DNA of 63,814 bases, filler included, from Intoshia linei (lineage: Eukaryota > Animalia > Orthonectida): the NCBI GenBank assembly GCA_001642005.1. It is 7 parts of 7 records of this genome, joined end to end, with 100 filler letters (N's around TTAATTAATTAA, not from the genome) between each part and the next. Parts side by side here need not be neighbours in the genome. Positions count along the whole stretch, not along the records: positions 11,725 to 34,917 come from LWCA01000567.1; positions 35,018 to 54,003 come from LWCA01000757.1; 5 more parts are not named here. One strand, 5' to 3'. The stretch's first letter is position 1. Each line of letters starts with the position of its first letter. A program made the translations under genes and the position numbers. Below the pieces are notes generated by a model. That model searched no databases. It was not told the origin of the DNA and saw only the letters and a program-made list of their open reading frames with translations. Positions 27,131-40,200 of this stretch are shown here, in pieces.

Positions 27131-28161
27131 TTAATTTTTAATTAATTTTAATGCAGCCCACGACTAGTGAATTTCAACAGTGTAATATTATGTTAAAATT
27201 CCATACATGAGAAATAATTTGTAATTTCTATCGTTAATGTAATACTATGGGCTGCACTGTTTGCAGCCACGACTAGTGAATTTCAGTATGTAGTTTACAC
27301 ACTGAAATTCATAATTACAACAGTGTAATACCCATATCAAAATTCAATACATTAGACATAATTTGTAATTTCTATTGACAATTTTAACGATACTGTCACT
27401 GAAGAGTTTGTGACATCGAAAAACCATCGAATGGAATTTATATATAAATAAATTTTTTTAAATAATGCCTATTTTTTTTGCAGCCCGCCAATTATATTAT
27501 CTATGAGCGTGCAATAAACAGAGTACAATACCAATGAAATAGATCCTCATTCAAGTATATTGACGATAAAATAGTCAAGTATACAATTAATAAACTGAAA
27601 AATATATAAATACAAGTATATAGGAATAATAAACAATCGTTCATAATAAAATGTGTGATTTTTCAAAGTGAAAGATTGCCGGACTTTTTATCATTATATT
27701 AGAAAATAAAATTATAGATGTGATTTATAAGATATTACTCATACTACACGGCCATGTATTTTATCAATTTCTAAAATTCAACTAAAAAGTTAACGTACCG
27801 ATTTGGACATCTTTAATTAAGATGAACTTATCTGAGTTTGTTTCGGCCAATCGTTACAACTACAAAATGTGTTACATTATAAACGTTTCTGATTTAAATA
27901 AAATTTTAAATTTAATGTTTTTGATGAAAATAAATTCTAATGCACGATGTAATTGTGTAGTTTATATGTGGCTACACTCATAAAAAAGGTTAAAAGCAAC
28001 ATGTGTCGTTGCTAAAAGCGTAGCACTTTTTGACTAACTCCGTCGCTATTGTATATAATTATGGATAAATATTTTATCAGTTTAAAATGGAGTTTATAAT
28101 TTTCCATAGATACAACTTTATTGTGCTGTGATAAATTGTAAACATTGTGAATTTCAATATT

Positions 28162-28832
28162 ATGCCAAAGTTTTAAAAAAATCATTAATTTATAAATTAT
28201 ATTTAGATATTATTGCGACTATTGTAGCACTCACCTAACTCACGACTCGGTATTAAAATATTTACTTGTATAATTTAAATTAGAGGTCTGTACGACGAAC
28301 TCACAACACTGGAAGAAAACATTGCGATAATGTAAGAGAGTATTACCGCAGATGGTTTGATTCGAGAATTCAAGAAATGATTGATAGAACAAGTAAATAT
28401 ATTTTTACTTTTTTTTATATTATTTAGCGGCCGTTTACGAATCTAATATTGCTGTTCAAAACAGTACATATGTGCCCCCAGGAGGATTTATGCGTAATTT
28501 TATTTTTTTAATTTATATAAAATCACTTAATTACTATCGACTGATACATGACTTTAAAAGATTTATTTGTAAATGTTTTACATATATCACATATTTTTAT
28601 TTTTTAAAACTTGTATTTTAGCTCCACCTTTCATGCCTCCAAGTATGCCAAATAATCAGTTACCGCCAGCACTGAGCAACCAAATTCCCCCTTCAGGTAA
28701 AAATAGCACAACTTGTATAATTGATTTGTAGGTCCTCCAAATTTGAACGCTCCGCCTCCAATATTTAATACAATGCCGGTTAATTTGTGTGTACCTCCGC
28801 CAATCGCAAACCCAAATGGACCGACAAAATAG
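28162..28832 (+). CDS. SNRPC: U1 small nuclear ribonucleoprotein C (U1-C)
   Basis: Spliced translation [42 protein letters not shown]...MIDRT (U1-type zinc finger), then a Pro/Met-rich tail. Six exons, mostly with ~35 nt introns. It is absent from the ORF track because of the introns. Confidence 0.95.
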
Positions 28833-28840
28833 ATGAATAT

Positions 28841-30097
28841 TTATTTATATTTATAATTATATAATATGCTTGTCATAATAGAACCTAGAACTAATACAGC
28901 TATTATCAAATATTTTGTATTTATGCTTTGTGGGTTATTCTGTTCAATTATTTTACTAATTTCTTCACAATTTGGCGAAAACGGTAACTTTGTGTCGTAT
29001 CTACAAATTTTAAATTTAAAAAATTAATATTTACCCCAAAATTTGAACAAGGCTTTTATTTTTGGTCAACATTACTGTCGGAGGGTACATATGATACAGT
29101 TGAGATGCCTGACATGTTATTCGGGATTGATCAGCAATTAATGGTAAATTCTGTATCTTCATTGATATTTCTCCAGTGTCGAGAGTAGAACTTAAGATTG
29201 AACTGGAGGAGTCGTTTATTATCTAAATCTAGTAAAACTTGCAAATTGAAAAATTACCACGGAAGATAAATAAACCGGAAACAGTACTGGTGATGCTATA
29301 CAAATATCATAATATCGTATGGCTTTGTCGTAATCTTTAATTATATGCAGGAACCAAGTTAAAAGCCAACTAAGAATAATGATACCGTCAACCGAAGCTC
29401 TAATATTTTTTAAAATAAATTTCGAAAACATTACGCTTCTAGATGAGATTCTAATTTAGGATTTAGTATCTTTATTAAGGGCAATAAATAGTCTATGATA
29501 CATAAACTTTTTCCAAAATTATTGGTGGTATAGTATCTAATAAGTTATTAATGAGCATCATAATAAAAGTATACAATAGGTGCCTATTAGTTAATTCATC
29601 CATTACCAATATTGACAGTTCAAATCCTACTGTAAGCATAACTGTTAAGCACACTTCGTGAAAGCCCTATAAAAACAGTTTATCCTAGTTATATTTTATT
29701 GTAGTTATTACTTGATAATATTTTTTTGGACTTTGTAATAATAACTCCATTACCACTATTTTCAATTTTGATTTGATATCCTCCTTCTCTTCGTCGTCAA
29801 CTTGAAAGTTATTCATTAAAACTAATTATAAATACCGTTTGGTATGAGATATGTTATTCTATCTATATCGACTGTTACAATTTTATAAAACTCGTTTTTG
29901 CGGTATTCAAAGTCTAATAATTTAATTAATCACAATGAACTAAAATTCTTACCAGTGCTAAGTTTAACACGTTTATTTTCTACTTTTAAAATTTTGCTCC
30001 ATATAAATTTCCTATTATCTTTGTTTATTTTTATTTTGTGATATCCAAAACAGATATTCCTACAGTCTTCAATAGTTAGTTGATCGATTTTATCCAT
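28841..30097 (-). CDS. TBC1D20: TBC1 domain family member 20 (Rab1/Rab2 GAP, C-terminal TM anchor)
   Basis: Spliced motifs RKFIWSKIL, VTVDIDR (Arg finger), YYQ|GFHEV (Gln finger), LSWLLTWFLH, RYYDICIASPVLFPVY, and a hydrophobic C-terminus YLIIAVLVLGSIMTSILY. Confidence 0.88.
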
Positions 30098-30841
30098 TTT
30101 CTATTACTTGTATATTGAAATACGATAATTTAGTGTCTTAATAAACTATGTTAACATGACATCGATATAGCCTTGAAAATGGAATTTTTCGATGATTACC
30201 CTTGTATCATCAATGTTATAAATAAATAATTTTTCAAAAATAAGTCTACAAATAGTGTATAATTGTATCAAATGAATACATGGATATATTTTTTGGAAAA
30301 TACTACAGTAAACTCTCGAAAAGTGATCACTTTTCCCATTAATATCACTATGGTTACGGTATTAATTAAACTAAATATTTTATATAAAATGGACGAAATA
30401 TATGGCGATAAATTAATCCAAGAATATTATTTATAAGCGACTTTGAAAATATTTTAGAAATAAGATTGTAATATTTTGGTCCTTGAAGGTCTTTAATATT
30501 CGGCAAAATTTATTTCAAATAATTTCAAGAAAAAAAAAAAATTTTTTTAATTGAATGTTAAATTTTAATACACAACTATAAATTAATTTATTACAACCAC
30601 AACAACTAAACTCATACAACACTACAGTACATTTATTAAACATTGACATCATAGCCAAAAATTTGGACTTAATAGTTGTTATTTGACACACAAAATACTT
30701 GAATGACATGAAAAATGATAATTTTTTGGGTACGGTTGTTTCTATTTGATATTTAGTGGTCACTTTTAGAATCAAAATTAATTTACATTAGTATAGTTTT
30801 GTTATAACATCTAAATAAGAGGTACTTTTGAGCGTCTACTA

Positions 30842-31486
30842 CAGTGATTCTCAACATGGCCCACAGAAAAATTTTGGTAGTTCTCATAGAGCTTTAATAT
30901 ATTATTTAAAATTTTTATTATCGCTATTAAACTGTTATATTATGTGACTATAATATACTTTGTGATGATAAATTCACATGTAAAAAATCTTTCTATTTCA
31001 TACTGAGGTAAATTGAATTTTTCAGGGTAATATTCGGAGAAGGCTTGTAATTTTATGGATGGCTCATTTAGAAAAAACAATCCTTGAAACCATAATTATT
31101 TTACAAAATTTAAAAAATATAAATATATACGTAATGTCAAAAATTTTCTATCTTGGAATTTGGCTACCGAGGTACAATAAGATTGCAATCAATATTTTGT
31201 GTTAATTACACTGTAGTAAACACCAAGAATAAGGCATTGACCAAAATATATTTTGTATAAATGTAAATTTAGTTTAACGTTTTTTTTTGTTTAACTCAAT
31301 TTACTTTTTTATTCAACGTTTTACAACGTTAATATAAATATATAACTATTGAAATTAAAGTAAGTATATTCGTTAATATAAAATTTCTTTTGCTAATCGG
31401 CATTTTGGAAACGCTTATTTATGGTGGATTCAAAACCTTTTAAAATGAAATATGGTCCATAGCGAAAAAAAGGTAGAGAAACACTG
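30842..31486. mobile_element. hAT-type MITE
   Basis: TIRs CAGTGATTCTCAAC / GTAGAGAAACACTG with an 8-bp TSD GTCTACTA/GTCTACTG (7/8). Confidence 0.75.
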
Positions 31487-31582
31487 GTCTACTGTATTGA
31501 CAATTATAAACAGAGCGAGAAGTTATCAGAACATTGTACAGAAAAACTAATGTTAATTTTGATACTAAAACATAAAATCGTT

Positions 31583-32403
31583 TTATTGATGTCTTACAAA
31601 ACTTTTGGAATATATGTATTTGGTTGGTATTCCTCTCGAGGTATGATTCATTAATTCTATATATCTTTGTCTTTTCTCTGCTTCGTATAAAGTTAAACCT
31701 AGCCAGTCTATTTCATTTTTCGGAATAAGATATTTATTAAATTTGGATAAAATTTCGTTACTACAATCCTTTTCATATAATTTACGCATAAACCGACGTT
31801 TAAGCATCATTCCTAACATTGAACCAATTTTTGATTCAGAAGACTTCATAATGTAACCATCAATACCATAACATTGATCAATTGCTTCATAAGCCGTTTC
31901 AGTGGTCACAATTGTAAGCCAAACATTCAATATTTCAGAATATAAATAATTCCTTTCCAAATTAGGTCTCAAAAATCTAGGCTGTCTGTCAGTTTCGAAT
32001 TTAGTTTCTTTAACAAAATAAACGACTCTTTCAAGGTCCCATAATGATTTATCGGCAATAGAAGGTAAATACGTTTTAGGTGGGTTTCTATTTAAAACTT
32101 TTGGTAAGCCAAATTGATCGTAAACAAAATAATCTTTTGGAGGTTCATAATGAATTGTCGTTTTCAATAATAAATTATCATCTTGAAATTTTTCAATATA
32201 TCGTGATTTATAAAACTCTGGTAATCTACTCAAAACACCTATATTATGTGGCCAAATTCCTCTCAAAAGTAGTGATTCTTTGCTACATTCCAAGCTTGAC
32301 TTTCCATTTATTGAAGTTTTGTTGATATTCCCAAGAGCTAAAGCACTACATACAAAAAAATTTAAAAACAATTACCACTTTTAATCACATTTTTTGCACT
32401 CAT
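31583..32403 (-). CDS. MRPL28: Mitochondrial ribosomal protein L28 (bL28m)
   Basis: Motifs RLPEFY, IHYEP, LYSEILNVWLTIVTT...IDQCYGIDGYIMKS, LGMMLKR, IPKNEIDWLGLTLYEA. The ATG at 32403 is followed by a short intron. Confidence 0.88.
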
Positions 32404-33040
32404 TTTGACAAAGTTTTGTTCTTTTTGTTTTTAAATTTATTTTAGGTTAGAATAGAAATTAAATTTGGCTTCAGAAATTCAGCAGTGATCAATTAACATT
32501 TATTTTCAATGAGTTATAAAATATTAATATATTTCTTTAAATTCAAATGTTATGAATCAATGTATAGACCTTAATTTAAGGTCCTTTAAGGCTTAAAATT
32601 ACAGTTGATATATTTTTTTCACGTCTTCACATTCGAAAATTTCCAATTAATCGTAATATTGAAAATGTTACCAACTGCGAATATAAAAAATAATTTCAAA
32701 CTATTTTGGCTTGCAGCACTCTACATTGTAGTACGATATTAAATCTAATGTTCTTACCCTTTGGAAGCAGAACCTATGCAATGGAATTTTTTTGCAAACC
32801 CACTTCATTTATAAAAATTGACAACCCATTAAATGTCGTTCTACAAATATTTACACTCAGTTTTGAACTTGTAGGGTTTTTTCAGATATATAGAAATTTA
32901 GCCCTTAAAATCCAATAAATATAAGAATATTTTTCTCAAATATTTATTCTACGGGAATTTTATCCTGCATAAATTTACTAATTACAATGTAAAACAAAAT
33001 TTGTAAACTAAAAAATTTTATTTTCAAATAAAAATCAGTC

Positions 33041-33344
33041 TTATTTAAATTTAATGTAATAATATAGAGTTGCAAAAAAGACGAGTATAAACATCACTCC
33101 CGTAATAAATATTTTTTTGTCTGCTGAAACTCTAGTCATTATAGTTTTGGAAAGTGATGTGGAACGAGCTATAACGTTTTGAATTCTGTATATTTTGTTA
33201 TGGACATTTTCTAATTTTTCTTCCTGATAATTCAATCCTTCAATAATGTAAGTACTTTGCTTTATTACGTTATCAATTTCATTGTGAGCGGAGGAAAGTT
33301 TGGTATTGTGATCTAATTCAGAATTTAAATTTCTTTTTTTCATC
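33041..33344 (-). CDS. GOSR2: Golgi Qb-SNARE (membrin/GOSR2-like), terminal exon; upstream exons not resolved
   Basis: SNARE heptads IDNVIKQSTYIIEGLNYQEEKL with a zero-layer Q, then R...DK.IF and a C-terminal TM. There is an AG acceptor just upstream. Confidence 0.7.
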
Positions 33345-34917
33345 TGTCAATATGCGTTTAATTAATATAAAATGAATAAATGTTTATTGTAGTCAATTTA
33401 TTTATTTTTACATAATAATGATATGATCAAAATGCCTACTACATTATTTCCTACATTTATATGTAATGTGTTTCAAACTGTTATTATATGGCGTGCACTT
33501 GGTACTATTTCTATAACTTTGGGCTATTCATTGTGCAACATATGTAAGTACATTGTACAATGTATATAATTATCTAATTATTTAATTTTCATTATTGGAA
33601 CACTTTGTTTGTAAAAAATTTTTAATCTAAAAGATCTTTCTATATGAATGTATAATATACATTGTATATGCATTTCATTTAATTTACATACATAATGTAC
33701 ATTGAATATTTTTTATCATTTATAAATTATAATAGATAAAATTAATAACATTAAAATTTATTACATGCTAATATTATTTCAATTTCTTATGGGGTTAAGG
33801 CAATATACAATGTATGTATAGTAATAAATATAAAGTAAATAAATGAAAAAAATTATAAAATCTTTGTATCTTTTATCGTGGGTAACAGCTCATTTATTAC
33901 TTATTTATTCTTTACTATTAATAGTTTCTCATTTCCCTCTCGATTTTGTATGGATTGTTCATAACTATAATGTACATGGTTGGTAATGGAGACATATACG
34001 ATAAATACATTGATGCTCCAGTTCATCTTATAGACATTATTATTCTAAACGGTGACACAATATTAGTGATAATTCTAAATATAATCTCTACGTATCATAT
34101 TTAATACTTTAATATAATTGAATATAGAACATCATGGTACAGTAAAAATAAGTTGATAATTGGATTTGTAATTTAATTAAATATAAATGCCTGTATGATA
34201 TAAAGTGTATACTAAGGTGTTTCACTTAATCAAACTACAGTGCAGCCCACTGATAACGAACAATTTTTTAATTTCGTTATTGGCAGAACGAACAAAAAAC
34301 ATTTAAAATATCGCTTTTTGAAACAATGCAACCAATCGTTCGATGCAGTAAAATCGTAAATTTGAAATTTTGATGCAAATTTTTTAGCTTAGCTTGTGAC
34401 CTAAAGTTATTACAAATCACAAAATTTTTCGAGTTTTGCAACACCTTAATCACTAAGGCTTAGTGTATATAATATTTTTAGTCGATCACGTTGCTGATGT
34501 GCTTCACTATACTGTTAATTTCATTGCGATTTTTATTTTATTTAAATTTAAACGTAAGATATTTAAGTAATATAATTTATTAATCAAATCAGAAAGATGG
34601 GCTAAAAGTATTTGCTAGAATAATGAACATTTTGTATTCAAGTGGCGATATAAGATTAAAACATTTTGAAAATACAGTAATTTTTTTTAAATTATGAAGG
34701 AATATATTAAAATTTAGTTTAATTGTGAATTCTATTCGATATATGATATATATGCATATTTATATATTGATGAAGTACAGCTTAATAATTGCTACAGCAT
34801 TACTTACAATTATTGTATGGAAATGTCAATTTTAAAATGCTATTTGTCCATAAATATTATTTCAATCGTAAATTATTATATATTATATGAAATGTTATAT
34901 GTATATGAAAAATTAAA

Positions 34918-35017
34918 NNNNNNNNNNNNNNNNNNNNNNNNNNNNNNNNNNNNNNNNNNNNTTAATTAATTAANNNNNNNNNNNNNNNNNNNNNNNNNNN
35001 NNNNNNNNNNNNNNNNN
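34918..35017. other. Artificial contig linker
   Basis: N44-TTAATTAATTAA-N44. Confidence 0.97.
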
Positions 35018-35346
35018 GATGTGCTATTTTCATTTGATTTTCAAATTTGATGTTAAATACAATTTAACCTATTATTTTTTTCATTCAACTAACTAATTTT
35101 AAATAGGGGTACCATAAATTATTTTGGGATACCAGTTCGTCTCACCTATGACTCACATTTAAGATTCATAAATTATAAATATTTTTTTAAAATTTCATAA
35201 TACATTTATGTACCTATTTTTGATGAAGTAGAGTTTAACTAACTATTTATTTTATTTGATTTTTTTTACTTTGCATGGTATAGTTACAATAAATAGAAAT
35301 TATTATGGGGTACCAAATTATATTTTTTTAGTTTAGGGGTACCAAC

Positions 35347-37224
35347 CAGGGCCGTGGAGAGCCAGCAGTAGGCCCCTATAAATTTTTTTAAGAAAATGGA
35401 ACATATATATGGCTTAAGAGATAGTTCATTATTTAAAAATTAAAAATAACCGTTGGAAATCCCATCGGTGAGCATTAAGATAAAAACAGTAAATATGTAA
35501 AATGTTAATATAAACTACGTAATTATTTATTCTACAGTACTAGGTTGACTGTTATGTACTACGTACAAACAGGACCTAGCTCTGCCGAGGGTACCTTTTT
35601 ATTATACTTAAAAAATAAATTCACGTTGAAAATCTAATTTAAAAATTCTACTATTCACTATTATCAACCCTTTAAAGGAGTGGTTCCCAAATTAGTGTCA
35701 GGTGGAACCATCATATTATTACTTTTTACTATATTGTGAATTACTCCATCTTAATTTTTTGTTTGTTAACATTTGCGTAAAGAATTTTAAAAACAATTTT
35801 TATCCCATTTTTTTAATTTATTAGACGAATGTGTGTATAATATTAAAAATAAAGTAAAAACAGTCCAATTCTAAAATTCTAAAAATTGTCATAAATAGCA
35901 TAAATTCCAGAAAAAATAAAATTATAANNNNNNNNNNNNNNNNNNNNNAGTGGTTCCCAAATTAGTGTCAGGTGGAACTATCATATTATTACTTTTTACT
36001 ATATTGTGAATTACTCCATCTTAATTTTTTGTTTGTTAACATTTGCGTAAAGAATTTTAAAAACAATTGTTATACCATTTTTTTAATTTATTAGATAGAA
36101 TGTGTGTATAATATTAAAAATAAAGTAAAAACAGTCCAATTCTAAAATTCTAAAAATTGTCATAAATAGCATAAATTCCAGAAAAAATAAAATTATAAAA
36201 ATCTATTTTGTCATTTTCAATGTGATGATATATATTCAGTACGAATTTAATAAATACTTAAAAATACCAATTATGTATCAATAATAATCGAATCTTTACT
36301 TTATAAATATATTTTAGTTTTAATTTTTTTTAATAAAATAATTAAAAAAAAAATATGAATACTATAATGCTTTTTTGACCGTGAAGTCGTCACTTATTCT
36401 GATTGANNCAAATTTAATAATTACTTAAAAATACCAATTATGTATCAATAATTAATCGAATCTTCACTTTATAAATATATTTTAATTTTAATTTTTTTTG
36501 ATAAAATATTTGAAAAAAAAATATGAATACTATAATGCTTTTTTGACCGTGAAGTCGTCACTTATTCTGATTGAAATTTTAGTTGTGTGTTAACAGGATA
36601 CAATTGTACAATAATATTCTATATATAATGTATAATTTTTTAAAATCCGTATCAGCGTATACATTTTTTTTAATTTTTCAACTTGTTTAATTTTCAAAAA
36701 AAAAACAATTGGGGTTTTTGACCCGTAAGATGTGAGTTTGTGAAGTTGAAATTAAGTTTGCGAACACTCCCGAAAAAACTGTAATTGAAATGTGTACTTG
36801 ATAAAATTCTAAGACGGGTAGTTATTTAAATAACGTTGAACACACATACACACACTATAATTATAATTATATAAGCTATTTACACGAGACTAATTTTAAT
36901 GTTAATGGAACATTTTATTATACTATAATTTTCCAACACCTNNNNNNNNNNNNNNNNNNNTTTGCGAACACTCCCGAAAAAACTGTAATTTAAATGTGTA
37001 CTTGATAAAATTCTAAGACGAATAGTTATTTAAATAAAGTTGAACACACATACACACACTATAATAGTAATTACATAAGCTATTTACACGGGACTAATTT
37101 TAATGTTAATGGAACATTTTATTATACTATAATTTTCCAACACCTATTAATAAATTTACAAAGTAGGCCCCTTATGATTGTAGGCCCGGGTCATATGGCC
37201 CCTAGCCCCCTCTCCACGATCCTG
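35347..37224. mobile_element. hAT-type MITE interrupted by a Helitron
   Basis: TIRs CAGGGCCGTGGAGAG ... CTCTCCACGATCCTG with a perfect 8-bp TSD GTACCAAC (35339-35346 and 37225-37232). Confidence 0.85.
35540..36875 (-). mobile_element. Helitron-like element nested in the hAT MITE (contains scaffold gaps and overlap duplicates)
   Basis: CTAG at 35540, hairpin CTGTTATGTAC-TAC-GTACAAACAG, GCCGAGGG, and an ACACACA terminal block near 36840-36875. Confidence 0.75.
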
Positions 37225-37278
37225 GTACCAACTGCGAAGTATGTTAAGAACCGCTGATATATAAGTAAGGATAACAAT

Positions 37279-40200
37279 TTATTGTATATTACAATTATTT
37301 GAGGTATGAATAACTAACAAATTTAAATTTAACTTTGGTTCGAAAATTTTTTTATTTATAAGGTGGGTATTGGAATTTGGAGAGTATAAGTAATTTTTAC
37401 TATTTTCGGCTTCAGTCATTATATTTTCAATCTAAAAATAGAATGAGTATAAACAATGTTACATTAATTATACTAGTTTTTCTCAACAAGCGCTCTAATA
37501 AATTTTATGTGTGCCCAGCGGGAAATTAAAAGCGAGCTATATACCTTTTCCTTATGAGCTAGTTACATCACATATTTTGTTTTTGGTTCTATCTTATTTT
37601 AATTGGCACCAGAAATTAACTGCTCAGAATTATATGAACGGTTGTTCATATAAAAACAAAACCAAAAAACAGATGAAATTTTAAGGTGATATAAGGCTCG
37701 CCTTATCGCATACGCTGCCCAAAATATCAAGAATTGTAACTTAAATATAATCTCAAATTTCACCAATCAATCAACNTATATACCTTTTCCTTATGAGCTA
37801 GTTACATCACATATTTTGTTTTTGGTTCTATCTTATTTTAATTTGCACCTGCTCAGAATTATATGAACGGTTGTTCATATAAAAACAAAACCAAAAAACA
37901 GATTAAATTTTAAGGTGATATAAGGCTCGCCTTATCGCATACGCTGCCCAAGATATCAAGAATTGTAACTTAAATATAATCTCAAATTTCACCAATCAAT
38001 CAACTTAAGTCATTATAATAAAACTGAATGTTTTTTTAATTCTTTTATTTACATGTATGTTTTGATATTTTGATGATGTTTGGAGTATAGAATAATTTTG
38101 CGTCGCGAAAATTTTTTGTTCATAAGGATCCGTGAACACAAAAAGGTTTAAAACCATAGTTCTAAATCATTTCTTTATCAACCGGTAATAATTAATTAGA
38201 TTTAAAAAGATTAGTATATAGAATAAATTACAAAAATTCTAATTATATTTTTATAATTTCCATCATAATTTGAATCTAAATAAAATTACAGCACAAATTC
38301 AAAAAATATTGTATATAAGAACTTGTGATTGCATATGTACACAAAAACGAAGATACCAGGCTGTCTCGTTGAAAATCAGGGTCAAATTAGTTTTTAAAAT
38401 ATAAACAAAATTGTTTTAGACCCTTATCATAACTTACAATTTTTACATGGGTCTATTGCTAATATTATGGTACAGTATTCTCGCCAATTCTCTAACTCGG
38501 CATTAATTTAAAATATAAACTGAAAGTTTTAAAACTATTTTTCATAATAAGTCAAGTTATTTTGTATTACAGTTTAGATTTTATTGTAATTTAAAATTTA
38601 ATTTATAGGTTTTATCTGCTATTTCTATAGTTTTAAATTCTCTACCTCGCCAACGTTTTCTAAATCCCAAGAATGGCGAGTTATAAACAGAATACTGTAT
38701 TTTGTATCCTCTACTATTAATATATACGTTATTATTATTAATTCATAATTATATGTACGTTTACAATACAATATATTACTTTTGCGAAGTTTTATCAAAG
38801 CATCCAAAATTTTAGTGTATTGATTAATTGCAATAGCAGCATGTCCCTTTTTAAACTAATTTGTTATGTACATTTTCAATAAATCTAACCTCTTCTCTAC
38901 AATTTCGTATCAAAGTATTGCAACTCTGGATGGTCGCATTATCAGGAAATAATGCATCTAATAAAAAATTATACTTATATACAATATTATATATAATATT
39001 TAAACATCAAATATCAAACTAATCATTTTTATTTATTTAATGTAATTCTTATAATCATAGGACGACACCATAGTATAATATTTTCAGTATTGAAACAGAT
39101 GGAACGCTATATATATTGTAAAATGGTCGTTGCATTAACTTATACCTTACATGTTTAATTACTAATATTTCTAAGGGCCAGAAAATTTTCAATGGTCTCG
39201 AAAAGAAAGCACAATTAAAAATAAATAATTACTAAAATTTTGAAGATTTATCAAAGAATTTTGCTCTTTTGCCAAATCGAATTCAATTTTCACCAAAGTG
39301 AAATATAAACTCGAAATCTAAAATTTACATCAATCATTAAATTCAACTACAGTAGTACTAGTATATTACTTTTATTTTGATTGAATTTCTAATTTTATGT
39401 GTTGTTTCTACTATAAATTTTAAATTATCAATTACAAATACAAGTAGTATAAATATAAAAAATACTTAAAAATAACTACCAACGAAAATAAAAACGTTCA
39501 ATTTTGGGAACATTGGCGGGATAAAGATTAAACTTAACAGCACCGGTCGACATAAATCTTTATAAAATTTTCAATCAATATCATTGCCAATTTTATTAAT
39601 CTGAAATGTATCATTTCAGATTAATATTTTCTCATTTTTGCATATTTTGCATTATATCTATTAATATTTTCATTTTATGGTTCCTAATCTTTATAAATAA
39701 TTCAGTTTCACATCAATGAACAAATACAAAATTTTAATAATTTCCAATAAAATACAAAAAGTTAAAAAATTTTCTACTGCCCCACCAAATAGCTCCAGCT
39801 TCCCTAAGTGGGCGCTATCGCACACGTTAGGAATCACTGAGCTAAATGCAAATATTTTCAACTTCTTATTAATTCACAAGAATATAAAAATTTAACTATT
39901 AGCTTCAGCTCACTATTCAACAGTGAGTACCAATAAAACTACTACCGATGATTGATTTTATCCGATCCATGATTTAATAGTACAATTTTCTCATTATATT
40001 AACCTAAAATATTTGCGACATTTGTTTTTTATTTGATTAACGAGTCAACAAAAATTAATAGTTAAGGCATTCTAATGACCATTCATTAATAAATATAATT
40101 ACAATCAAAATATGATAAATGATGCAAAACTGCATCAATAACATTTTGATACAAGGTTGCATTGGTTTGATTTTGATCTGTAGACAAATTTAATTTAGCT

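Noticed and set aside
37537-38005. ~235 bp direct tandem duplication around a single N (also 58195-58667, 35680-36200, 36240-36570, 36738-37141)
   Set aside because: Each duplicate flanks an N or short gap and differs by a few SNPs or indels. This is typical of unmerged contig overlaps or haplotypes.
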